Below, in pieces: positions 37,005-45,290 of a stretch of 64,000 nt of DNA (within the stretch, counting starts at the first letter, position 1; each line of letters starts with the position of its first letter). The notes beneath the pieces were generated by a model that was not told where the DNA came from, ran no database searches, and worked only from the letters and a program-made list of their open reading frames with translations. Location of the stretch: IMG/VR virus record IMGVR_UViG_3300044770_000059, positions 19,323 to 83,322 of that record; one strand, 5' to 3'. This DNA is from a virus. The translations under genes and the position numbers were made by a program.

Positions 37005-37288
37005 CAGAGAAGCCCCGCCCAGTCGCGAGTTTCGTGGTATCCGCAGCCTTCGACGGGCTCAACCTCACCATTGAGCATCCGACGTTCCTCATCGGGATCG
37101 CCCGTCTGATTGAAGGCGAGGCTGTGATCAACGCTGGCACGACCATGAAGCTGATCGTCGTCAATGTCGGCCCATCTCCCACAGCCGGGGCAACGCAGTT
37201 TCCAGACGGTCACTCCATCCCGAAGGATGCAGTGAAGAGCCCCTCCTCCATCGACCTCGATCACCCCTCCATCGAAGTCGGCCGCCAT
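37004..37288 (-). CDS. Small Zn-finger protein
   Basis: CPGCG...H...CGYH. Confidence 0.5.
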   Translation of the reverse strand: MAADFDGGVIEVDGGGALHCILRDGVTVWKLRCPGCGRWADIDDDQLHGRASVDHSLAFNQTGDPDEERRMLNGEVEPVEGCGYHETRDWAGLL

Positions 37289-37530
37289 CAGACCTTCTCG
37301 AAGGTGGCGTAGAACTCGTCGCCGGGCTGGAATTGCTCCAGGGCCGCCGGGTTCGTCACCGTCAGCTCGACTCTTCCGCTGGGCGTCGCCTTCGTGAAGC
37401 GGTAGTTCTCCGACCCGGGCTCTGTGTCATCGAACACGGGAGCCATGACGAGCGTTGCGTTGCACTCGTCCTCTCCGTAGGACGGGCGGTTGATGATTTC
37501 GTTGATTCGCAGCTTGGCTACGACGCTCAT
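37288..37530 (-). CDS. Conserved small phage protein
   Basis: SENYRFTKATPSGRVELTVTNPAALEQFQPGDEFYATF. Confidence 0.65.
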   Translation of the reverse strand: MSVVAKLRINEIINRPSYGEDECNATLVMAPVFDDTEPGSENYRFTKATPSGRVELTVTNPAALEQFQPGDEFYATFEKV

Positions 37531-37612
37531 GTGATTCCCTCCAATTTAGACCGATTTGGACCGATTTGGACAGATGTGCCCCTAATATACGTATGAGATA
37601 AATACGTATCGA

Positions 37613-37685
37613 GGGGGCGTAGCTCAGATGGCAGAGCACCGGGCTTTTAACCTGGAGGACGCTGGTTCGACGCCGGCCGCCCCTA
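37613..37685 (+). tRNA. tRNA-Lys (anticodon UUU), no encoded CCA
   Basis: Full cloverleaf: GGGGGCG/CGCCCCT, D-stem GCTC/GAGC with G18G19, CCGGG-CTTTTAA-CCTGG, GCTGG-TTCGACG-CCGGC. Confidence 0.93.
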
Positions 37686-38123
37686 TCCGGTGATGACCGT
37701 GTAGACCCGACTCATCGCTTCGTGGTCCTTGTCGAGGCGTTCGAGCTGGTCCCGAATACGAGCGATCAGGTGCCGGGCGCTGTCGATCGAGGAGCAGATC
37801 TCCGGCGCAGCTCGTCGTCTGGCGGCCGCGACCTGCGCCTGCGTCGGTCTCTTGGACTCCAGGTAGTTCTCCCAGGGGGTCTCACGGGCCTGCTCGATCA
37901 GTCTGTACAGCGACTCCTCCAAGACCAGGCGTTGATGCTCCAGCTCGCCGCGCGCTTCGGCGACCTCGACCATGTAGTCCTCGATGTGGGTGACTTTCTC
38001 CTGGCTCGTGAGAGGAAGTAGCTCGCCCGAAATTTCATTCTGCCTACCCCGCCGCAGAGCCGCCGGCACTCGAACCTCCCGGGCGATCCGGTGGATCGCG
38101 CCCTGAATCTCAATCAGCTCCAA
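37683..38123 (-). CDS. Helical hypothetical protein
   Basis: Follows TerL; its stop codon overlaps the tRNA 3' end. Confidence 0.6.
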   Translation of the reverse strand: MELIEIQGAIHRIAREVRVPAALRRGRQNEISGELLPLTSQEKVTHIEDYMVEVAEARGELEHQRLVLEESLYRLIEQARETPWENYLESKRPTQAQVAAARRRAAPEICSSIDSARHLIARIRDQLERLDKDHEAMSRVYTVITG

Positions 38124-39913
38124 GCCGGCTCTCCCATCACTGCCTCGCCCTCCATCGAGAGATCCATCGTGAAGTCGAACACATCCTCCGGCTCCTGGGA
38201 TAGGGCCTTCTCAATCTTCGAGGACTTGCGGGCCATCTCCATCGCACGGAAGGAGTCCAGGATGTGGAAAGCGTTCTGGGGCTTGCTCCGTCCTTTGTGT
38301 TGGCCGACGCGACGGATGCGCTGGTCGGTCTCGCCGTACATGTCCCGCATCACGAATCTGTCGAAGGGAAGGAGGAGGTAGCCGCTGTCCACGTCCTCTC
38401 GGATGTAACGGGTAGACGCCTCAATGAAGGGCATGTAGGTGACGTAGCGCTTGATGCCGGTGAGGGGATCTTCCTCCAGTCTGACCATGTTGCCGAACTG
38501 ATCCTTCAGGTTGCCGGCGGGGTCCTGGTTGACGAACGATCTATCCACCGAGACCGGCACTTTGGCGTTGAAAAAGTAACCACGCGATACATCGAGCAGA
38601 TGTCTCGGCACATTCTCGTCGTCCTCAATCTCCTGCCAGATCGGAAAACCAAGTCCGGTGATGTCGAGACCGAATGTCTCAAGACTCGTGCCGAAATGGT
38701 TGGCCAAGCGATAAAGGATCATGCGGATCTGTTTCGTTCTCAGGCGATCGAGTTGGTAGCGCCGCAGGAGCTTCAGCCGCTCGATGCGCTCATGCTTAAC
38801 CCGGGTGAACATCGAAATCATCGTCGGCGAATCCGTGAGCCCGAGGTCCATTCCTCCATGCATCGGGCCGAAATCGAAGGGCAGGTCGAGAAGGTCCTCC
38901 GCCGGCACCCCGCCCTGTTGCACGTCCTCATAGCGAAACTGCTGGGCGACATACTCAATCTCGTTGTAGCGTGAGTCGCGTTTCTGGTCCATGCAAGCGA
39001 CCAAGCGCGCGCGCACAAAAAAGGCCGTGGCTGGAGAGCCTGCCTCACCAAGGACGTTGCGCCGGTAGTCGGGAGAGTCGGTCGAACCAAATGCCGACTT
39101 CGACGCATCCTTCTGGGCTCTGTCCCAGTCGGCCCGCATCAGTGCCGTAACTGTGACGACATAGAAAGCTCCGCCTTCGACCCGCTCAAAGAAGCCGGAA
39201 TCCCGAGCCCCGCTATGCACTCCGTAGAAGTGATAGTTGAAATCAGGGTTACCATAGGCGTCGCGCTTGTCAGTGTTAACTGTCGAGTGGACCTCCGCCC
39301 ACCCGGCCTCCGGGTAGTCCTGGGCCTCATCAATCATCAGGTCCGGCTGATGCTGCCCCTTCACCCCGGTCCCCGTCTGCTTTGGGATTCGGCCGACAAC
39401 TTTTGTGCCGTCTTTGAAGTTCACCCCGAACGGGCGATGTGTGAATCCAGTTTTGCCGCCGCGCAGATCGAGGAACTCTCGCGTGAGGCGACAGTTGCGA
39501 ACGCGATCCTCGATTCCATCCGCCAGGGGGAGCAGGTGGATCAGTTCGGGGGCCGTGATGAGCAGGTTCTCGCGCAGCCGGCGGAAGGGATGTGTAAAGC
39601 CGCGCGCGCCAATTGATTCCGTCTTGCCAGTCTTCCTCGCACAGGACGCGCCACCATAGCCCGGCCTCATCCTGAAAAGCGGGTATTGGTAGTCGCGCAC
39701 CCGGTAGCAACCCTCGTACTCATGGTTCGACGTGTCCTCCCAGCACAGCTCCGTGCCGTAAACCGGATCGGCGAGCATCGCCATCAACAGGAAGGCGTCC
39801 TCATCCAACACCCACCCGTTCTGCTCCTCCATAATGTCGCGGCCCTCGCCGAGACCTTCGATCACGCCGAGGACGGGATCTGGCGCTAGGGGCTGTTCCT
39901 TCTCGTCGCTCAC
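38114..39913 (-). CDS. terL: Terminase large subunit
   Basis: CARKTGKT, LMIDEAQD, GGMDLG (RNase H-like), HILDSFR. Confidence 0.9.
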   Translation of the reverse strand: MSDEKEQPLAPDPVLGVIEGLGEGRDIMEEQNGWVLDEDAFLLMAMLADPVYGTELCWEDTSNHEYEGCYRVRDYQYPLFRMRPGYGGASCARKTGKTESIGARGFTHPFRRLRENLLITAPELIHLLPLADGIEDRVRNCRLTREFLDLRGGKTGFTHRPFGVNFKDGTKVVGRIPKQTGTGVKGQHQPDLMIDEAQDYPEAGWAEVHSTVNTDKRDAYGNPDFNYHFYGVHSGARDSGFFERVEGGAFYVVTVTALMRADWDRAQKDASKSAFGSTDSPDYRRNVLGEAGSPATAFFVRARLVACMDQKRDSRYNEIEYVAQQFRYEDVQQGGVPAEDLLDLPFDFGPMHGGMDLGLTDSPTMISMFTRVKHERIERLKLLRRYQLDRLRTKQIRMILYRLANHFGTSLETFGLDITGLGFPIWQEIEDDENVPRHLLDVSRGYFFNAKVPVSVDRSFVNQDPAGNLKDQFGNMVRLEEDPLTGIKRYVTYMPFIEASTRYIREDVDSGYLLLPFDRFVMRDMYGETDQRIRRVGQHKGRSKPQNAFHILDSFRAMEMARKSSKIEKALSQEPEDVFDFTMDLSMEGEAVMGEPAWS

Positions 39914-40605
39914 ATTTTCCCGATGAACAAGTGACCGACTTCTCTCGCATACTTCTTGTCTTGCTCTTCTATTTTCATCAACTGAACTTCGACATACTCA
40001 ACAATGGTCTCCGGCGTAATGTTGTGATAGGAGCGGTCCTCGGCGTCGCCGTTACGTAGCAAACGAATTTGCCAACGTGCCCCCATCGCCATCTCTTCGT
40101 ACATCTTGGTGCGCTCGGTGATGTGGACGCCATATTTGTGCGCGGCTTTCTTCGCTGTCATCACAAAGTCGGCCACGGTGTCTTTCCCGCCGGCCTCCCG
40201 ACTTCTTTTGTCGATACCAAGTTCGACCTCGATCTCGGCAATCTGTCTCGACGCCTTGATGACGCGCGCGTGGGCCTTGTCCAGGTCGGCGTCGCTCATC
40301 TCGGTCTCGACCCAGCGCCCGGTGGGATGGCCCTCTTCGTCGGTCTCGGCCTCCATGCCGTTGAGCTGGTGCTGTGCGCGCTCCAGGGTCACCGCCTGCT
40401 GAAGGATCACGCTGAGGCGAATCAGGTCGTTCTGTTTCGAGAGGGAGAAGTCGCGGATGTAGCGATCGCGGAGGCCCTCATACATCTCAGCTTCCTCGGC
40501 GGTTTTCAGCATCAACTTCCCGCCGGAGGGCGTGTCTACCTCAAACCCGCCCGGATCGTAAGACCCGGATGAGTTGCCGAAGGACTGCTGGTTCCTACTG
40601 CTCAT
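39910..40605 (-). CDS. Terminase small subunit (putative)
   Basis: Helical protein directly upstream of TerL. Confidence 0.55.
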   Translation of the reverse strand: MSSRNQQSFGNSSGSYDPGGFEVDTPSGGKLMLKTAEEAEMYEGLRDRYIRDFSLSKQNDLIRLSVILQQAVTLERAQHQLNGMEAETDEEGHPTGRWVETEMSDADLDKAHARVIKASRQIAEIEVELGIDKRSREAGGKDTVADFVMTAKKAAHKYGVHITERTKMYEEMAMGARWQIRLLRNGDAEDRSYHNITPETIVEYVEVQLMKIEEQDKKYAREVGHLFIGKM

Positions 40606-40975
40606 TCACCATCGCCTCGAATCGTGAATCGGTCCCCTTGTACTTCCGTAGAAGGTAGTCGATCGCCTGGTCGCCGAGAACCTCGAACGCATAGCGCAGA
40701 TTGTCGTCTGTCAGACAGCGCATTGGAATCTGGCCCACCCCCGACGTATGGCCGGCATGGATGGAGGTCTTGACCCGGAGGGCGTTGCGCTCGTCATAGC
40801 GCTTCAGCTTCGGGATTCCCATCCTCTTCAGCTCCGCCTTCTCAACAACGTGGTGGGCCTCCCAGTCGAACTCGTGCCTATCGCCGGTGACGGCGCAGCG
40901 GACCTGCTTCGCGGCCGCCACCTTGAAGGCCCACAGCACCGCTTCGAGCTGCTCTCTCTCAGAAAAACTCGCCAT
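40595..40975 (-). CDS. HNH-like packaging-associated nuclease
   Basis: CAVTG...EAHHVV...NALRV...IHAGH upstream of the terminase. Confidence 0.65.
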   Translation of the reverse strand: MASFSEREQLEAVLWAFKVAAAKQVRCAVTGDRHEFDWEAHHVVEKAELKRMGIPKLKRYDERNALRVKTSIHAGHTSGVGQIPMRCLTDDNLRYAFEVLGDQAIDYLLRKYKGTDSRFEAMVNEQ

Positions 40976-41408
40976 AGAGCCTCTCCAGGATCGCATCCCC
41001 CATCTGCCGGCGATCGTCTTCGCGCCAGGGCCGCACTCTGTAGACGGAGACCTCGACCAGCGGCATGAACTTCCTCCGCTCGCGGCGCATCCAGTAGCGA
41101 CGGAAGTCCTCGAAAGATCTGAAACCCTCGGCCGCGAGCGACTCTGGCGAGATCTCCATCAGCTTCTCCCGCCACGTTCCCTCCAGAACCATCAACGTCG
41201 AGTCATAGCCGACGGCCCCTTTCTTGTAGGCAACCACCGGCGTCGGGCACTGAACGTTCCACAGCGATGTGACGTTCCCGCTCGCCGATCGGAACTCGCC
41301 TTTGCGCCCACGTTTGACCGAAGCCCAGTCCAGCGTCGGCACTCGAAGGAAGATCGTGCGGAGCTTGACCTGCCGATAGGGCTTCGGCCCGTTGCCGTTA
41401 ACTCCCAT
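40959..41408 (-). CDS. ASCH/PUA-like domain protein
   Basis: DWASVKRGRKGEFR...LAAEGFRSFEDFRRYW. Confidence 0.6.
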   Translation of the reverse strand: MGVNGNGPKPYRQVKLRTIFLRVPTLDWASVKRGRKGEFRSASGNVTSLWNVQCPTPVVAYKKGAVGYDSTLMVLEGTWREKLMEISPESLAAEGFRSFEDFRRYWMRRERRKFMPLVEVSVYRVRPWREDDRRQMGDAILERLYGEFF

Positions 41409-41727
41409 GCAGCTTGGCTGCCAGGACGGTGGAGATACGCTCCTGCTCGCGGCCGACTGTGCAGAGCGGCTTCATGTCGTCGTCCCGGCCGAACAGCGGG
41501 CAGGCTAGGCAGGTGGAGTCCGGCATCTCCTTCAGAGAACAGGTGACGCCCTCGCTGAACAGGATGCGCTCCCTGTCGAGCAACTCCCTGGAGATGCGCT
41601 CCAGCTTCGGCTCCGCCGTTGTCAGGTCGATCGGTGGCATGGCCTCCAATACTGAAGGTGCGAACGGATCGACTTTTGCTTCGGACCCAAGATCAAGGTC
41701 CTGGAACCAGTTGGCGCGAGCAGTCAA
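41398..41727 (-). CDS. Cys-rich hypothetical protein
   Basis: C-x8-CLACP-x9-C. Confidence 0.5.
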   Translation of the reverse strand: MTARANWFQDLDLGSEAKVDPFAPSVLEAMPPIDLTTAEPKLERISRELLDRERILFSEGVTCSLKEMPDSTCLACPLFGRDDDMKPLCTVGREQERISTVLAAKLHGS

Positions 41728-41845
41728 AGAACTTCCTCTCGACCCCTTGCGGGGCTCGTCATCAGCTCGTCAGTTCTACCACTCGGCGGGAGAACCCGCA
41801 AGCGCAGAAGCCGCTCTTAACGAAAATCAAGGAGGCTAGCTGCCT

Positions 41846-42403
41846 TCAGGCGTTTTGGAAATAGGCGACGAAAGAGGCGAGAACGGCAGCCCCGGCGAGT
41901 AGACGGGTGATCACTTCGGCCGACCCCGCCTTCGCGCCACCACTGATCTTGTCTGCGTCGCGCAGCTCACGGATTTGATCCTCCAGGCGCTTTGTCGTTT
42001 CGGCGGTTTGCTTCTCCAACGCCTTGCGCGTTTCCTCGGCCGCCTTCTCAAGCGCCTCGCGTGTCTCATCCACCCGCCGTAAGAGCGCCTGCTGTGCGGT
42101 GGCCTGCTCCTTGACGTAGGACTCAGCCGCTTCGCGGGGCCAGTAGTTGGCCTGGATCGTCCGCAGGCGCTCTGCCTCACCGTTGAGGTCGTGGAGGCGT
42201 CGCAGGAACTCCGTGTGCTGGAGTTTCAGCGCCTCAGCGCCGGCCCTGAACTCCGAGCGCACGCGCTCAAACTTACTTTCCGTAAGCTCACGGTCGGCGG
42301 CGTCGAGTAGTTCGATGTGCTGGACCAGCCGCTCGTTCTGGTCGTGCAGCAGCTTCCTGATGTAGTCGAGCGGGGGGATGCCGTTGATCTTCTCGGGTGT
42401 CAT
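41846..42403 (-). CDS. Coiled-coil protein with C-terminal transmembrane helix
   Basis: Heptad-rich; ends ITRLLAGAAVLASFVAYF. Confidence 0.65.
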   Translation of the reverse strand: MTPEKINGIPPLDYIRKLLHDQNERLVQHIELLDAADRELTESKFERVRSEFRAGAEALKLQHTEFLRRLHDLNGEAERLRTIQANYWPREAAESYVKEQATAQQALLRRVDETREALEKAAEETRKALEKQTAETTKRLEDQIRELRDADKISGGAKAGSAEVITRLLAGAAVLASFVAYFQNA

Positions 42404-42468
42404 TGGATGACGAGGGCTGATTGCTCGGCGGGGGTCAAAGGTTCCTCGGGGTCCAACGACTCGGGCAT
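42400..42468 (-). CDS. 22-aa upstream peptide coupled to the coiled-coil gene
   Basis: ATG 5 nt after the TAAATT of the late motif; its TGA overlaps the next ATG (ATGA). Confidence 0.45.
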   Translation of the reverse strand: MPESLDPEEPLTPAEQSALVIQ

Positions 42469-42471
42469 CCC

Positions 42472-42945
42472 CTAATTTACGCGATGCTCATGCCCATCCT
42501 CTTCCTCTTCGGGCTCTTCGATCGCATTCCCCAGTAGAACACAATCTTCGAGAGGCCAGTACCAACGCCCACACCCGCAGTTGCCGAAGTAGAACATGGG
42601 GATGGTGGGCTGCTCCCCGCAAGGACAAGCAACAACCACCAACTTGCCGGCGGAGTCACCGTCCAGCGTCCAAAACTCATCGGGGACATGCTCCGTCCAA
42701 AACTCCCGAATCATCTGCGGGAAGATCTTCACCGCCGTCAGCGGGCTGAAGCGTCGGGGTTGGATTCTCCCCAGCCGGCGCGGCGGATCTCCGCGATCGC
42801 CTGGCAAGTAGAAGGCCCTCGACGGGACCGATCTGATCTCGCGCCGAACGTGGGCAGGGACTGCCGCTTCAAGCTCCTCGGGGGAGCCCTCTTCGGATAC
42901 CGACTCCAGCTCGAAGCGATCGAGAATCGTCTGGTGCTCGTTCAC
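42472..42945 (-). CDS. Hypothetical Zn-ribbon protein
   Basis: CPCG...CGCG. Confidence 0.55.
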   Translation of the reverse strand: MNEHQTILDRFELESVSEEGSPEELEAAVPAHVRREIRSVPSRAFYLPGDRGDPPRRLGRIQPRRFSPLTAVKIFPQMIREFWTEHVPDEFWTLDGDSAGKLVVVACPCGEQPTIPMFYFGNCGCGRWYWPLEDCVLLGNAIEEPEEEEDGHEHRVN

Positions 42946-43139
42946 TTGATCCGGAAGTCGTCGTAGACGGTCGAGCGAGAGATGCCAGCGAGCGTGCAGG
43001 CTTGGCTGATCGGGATCTTGCCTTTGGCCTGGCGCATCAATCTCTCCGTGTCCCTGCGCAGCTTCTCCTGGTCGCCACGCAGCTTCAGGCGTCGGTGGCC
43101 GACCCTGCGCAGGGCTTTCCGTAGCTGGGCCTCGCTCAT
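42942..43139 (-). CDS. Small HTH protein
   Basis: ISQACTLAGISRSTVY. Confidence 0.7.
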   Translation of the reverse strand: MSEAQLRKALRRVGHRRLKLRGDQEKLRRDTERLMRQAKGKIPISQACTLAGISRSTVYDDFRIK

Positions 43140-43366
43140 GGCAGATCTATCCGTTCGCCCGGGCCAGCGCCGGAGGCGCAGGTCAGGCGGTGCTCGGTGT
43201 GCCCGGCGGCATCCGCGTAGGGATCGAGGGGCTCTACTCTGCCATCGTCGGAGAAGACCCAGCGGCCCTGGCCGGCGTAGGACTCGTACACATCGACCGG
43301 GAAGCGTCTGCCCTCCACATCCTCCACAAATTCGACCTCCGCTCCACAGCGGTAGCAATCAGCCAT
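43136..43366 (-). CDS. Small Zn-finger protein
   Basis: CYRC...H...C. Confidence 0.55.
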   Translation of the reverse strand: MADCYRCGAEVEFVEDVEGRRFPVDVYESYAGQGRWVFSDDGRVEPLDPYADAAGHTEHRLTCASGAGPGERIDLP

Positions 43367-43880
43367 TCTGGGGCCTCACAGCGTTTTCGATCAGGTAGCG
43401 CATCTTGTTCTGCTCCTGGTGTTGGGCAAGGCGGTTCGGGCGATCCTCATCAAATTCGACCACGGCCACGATCATGCCATCCTCCTCCATCTCGGAGACC
43501 TCTTCGAGGAGCCAGACCGCCTTGCGGATCAGCGGGTCGATGTCGTCGTGCATCACGTCCTGCTCGAACATCAGTGACCCGACCGGGTTGTGGGTGAACA
43601 GCAGGATGCTGGAAAGGATCATTTTCGATGCCGCAATCAGCTCCTCCCCCCCAGGGTCATCGGAGTAGGTGAACTCCAGGCTGTTGCGCAGCTCAGCCAT
43701 CGACTGAGCGCAGACGGCTTGGTTGCCGGCGAAGGCCATCGCCACCTTGCTGTAGCCATCCCACCAGTTCTCCAGGGTGGGGTCTGGCAGCATCCGGCGG
43801 GTGGCCTGGCCGAGGACCCAGCGCGCAGCATTGATCCCGACGCGCTCCTGGCCCAGCAGCTCCTCAATACGCTCGTGCAT
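43359..43880 (-). CDS. Hypothetical protein (leaderless-type start)
   Basis: TATGCT 7 nt before ATG 43880. Confidence 0.55.
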   Translation of the reverse strand: MHERIEELLGQERVGINAARWVLGQATRRMLPDPTLENWWDGYSKVAMAFAGNQAVCAQSMAELRNSLEFTYSDDPGGEELIAASKMILSSILLFTHNPVGSLMFEQDVMHDDIDPLIRKAVWLLEEVSEMEEDGMIVAVVEFDEDRPNRLAQHQEQNKMRYLIENAVRPQNG

Positions 43881-43893
43881 GTCCGTAAGCATA

Positions 43894-43930
43894 CAACGGG
43901 GCGCGGGTTCTAAAGGCCCGCGCCCCGTTG
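43894..43930 (-). terminator. Stem-loop terminator
   Basis: Perfect 14-bp inverted repeat CAACGGGGCGCGGG/CCCGCGCCCCGTTG. Confidence 0.75.
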
Positions 43931-43975
43931 ACCCAAGGAGACCCCCGGTCGAGAACAGGAGCCGGATCGAAGGTA

Positions 43976-44302
43976 TCAGGCGGCCAGGCGCTCGCGACGA
44001 CGCCGAACCCGCTCCTTGCCCCCCACGATTCGCGAGGACGACAGGAAGCCAGGGAGGCCCTTGTCGATCTCCGCGACGTTTGCCGGTCGCCCGACTCCGG
44101 GCTGGTCGGCGGGTAGGGGTGCGCCCGTCACGGGGGGGGCGGAAAGGCTGGGCTCGGGAGCCTCTTGGGGCAGCTCCTCGCCACCCTCCTCCTCGACCTG
44201 GACCTCGGGCTCGGGAGCCTCCTGAACCTCCTCGGCCGGCTGCTCCGGTAGCTGGAAGGTTGGGGCCGAAAACTCTTCTGAAACGCCGCCATGCTCGTCC
44301 AT
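43976..44302 (-). CDS. Acidic E/P-rich small protein with basic tail
   Basis: GAGGAGG SD; late motif at 44329. Confidence 0.65.
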   Translation of the reverse strand: MDEHGGVSEEFSAPTFQLPEQPAEEVQEAPEPEVQVEEEGGEELPQEAPEPSLSAPPVTGAPLPADQPGVGRPANVAEIDKGLPGFLSSSRIVGGKERVRRRRERLAA

Positions 44303-44339
44303 CGGGGACCTCCTCTTGCGGTTTCCCCTTAATTTACGT

Positions 44340-44876
44340 CTACCGCATCCCCTCGCGCCGTAGAGTCCGCTTCACGCGCCTGCTGATCCGCCTGGCGTTC
44401 CAGCGCAGACGGACGGAGTAGGCGGTAGCCGCCGCCCCGGACCCGTTGTAGCGAGCGACCCCCGTGGCACGGCCATTCGTCCGAATCAACTCGACCATCA
44501 ACTTGAAGCCGACATAGCGATTCACACCCTGCCGCCAGCAGCCCCCTAGCTTATCTGCCTCATCCTGGTAGGCGAACCAAGTGAGCTGCGTATCGCCGAC
44601 ACCCTGCATCCCCAGCCCGCGCTTGCGATCAGGCAGGTAGACCCCCAGATAGTTGGCCTTGGTGACCTCCCCGCCCTTTGGCGCGCGATTCGCCACCGCG
44701 TCGTGGCCGTAGATCATCCGTCCGCCGGCAGTCTCCATCAGCAACAGCGCGGCCGCCGTCGGCACATCCAGCTCAGCCCTCTTGGCGGTCACGAGACACA
44801 GGGCAGGGTGGATGATCCCCTCGCGCGCAAGCACTCCCGCGATGACCTGCTGGCGATCCGTCAGCGTGTGCTTCAT
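44340..44876 (-). CDS. Endolysin, lysozyme/lytic-transglycosylase-like
   Basis: AALLLMETAGG (catalytic E), GVGDTQL, ARYNG; next to the holin. Confidence 0.75.
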   Translation of the reverse strand: MKHTLTDRQQVIAGVLAREGIIHPALCLVTAKRAELDVPTAAALLLMETAGGRMIYGHDAVANRAPKGGEVTKANYLGVYLPDRKRGLGMQGVGDTQLTWFAYQDEADKLGGCWRQGVNRYVGFKLMVELIRTNGRATGVARYNGSGAAATAYSVRLRWNARRISRRVKRTLRREGMR

Positions 44877-45280
44877 AAGATGCTGTTCTGCGGGAGGGGA
44901 TGTCTCAGCTCGTCGTCAACAGCCCCCGGTACCGGCACGGCAGCCGCAGGCGCGTTGCGAGCAAAGAAAACCGGGAAGAAGCTGAGCAGCGCCAAAACTG
45001 CCACCGTCACCTTGGCCTCTGTCCCCGCCGGAATTGTAGTGAGGAAGCCCAACGCCGTGAAGACTGCACCCTGTAACTGCGAGATCGCCTTGGAGGCGTC
45101 GTCGTAGGTGAAGTTCTTCTTCGTGAAGACCGCCACCACGCCGAAGATCGAAGTGACGAGGACGATCAGTGCCTGGGTGATGTTGGGGTCATAGACGACA
45201 AAGATCGTGACCAGCGCGGCCCCGAACATCACCGCCGAAACCACTGCCTTTTTGGCTTCCGCCAGGGTGTATCCAAACAT
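44873..45280 (-). CDS. Holin
   Basis: About four hydrophobic helices in two repeats; lies between two lysins. Confidence 0.75.
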   Translation of the reverse strand: MFGYTLAEAKKAVVSAVMFGAALVTIFVVYDPNITQALIVLVTSIFGVVAVFTKKNFTYDDASKAISQLQGAVFTALGFLTTIPAGTEAKVTVAVLALLSFFPVFFARNAPAAAVPVPGAVDDELRHPLPQNSIL

Positions 45281-45290
45281 CGTTCCTCCT

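Larger units (their letters stand above)
27799..44338 (-). promoter_or_regulatory. Repeated late-promoter-like motif CGTAWATTAR (8 copies)
   Basis: At 27799, 31211, 33545, 34118, 36198, 37582, 42472 and 44329; all on the minus strand and upstream of late-gene starts. Confidence 0.8.

Noticed and set aside
37613-37685. tRNA as an attP/attL prophage boundary
   Set aside because: Phage genes continue on both sides and no integrase is seen in the window; cannot be fully excluded without the host genome
41735-41780. Canonical hammerhead or kink-turn
   Set aside because: Core deviates (A at position 3, GAGA instead of GAAA, no NUH) and tandem G-A pairs do not register; kept only as an unclassified structure
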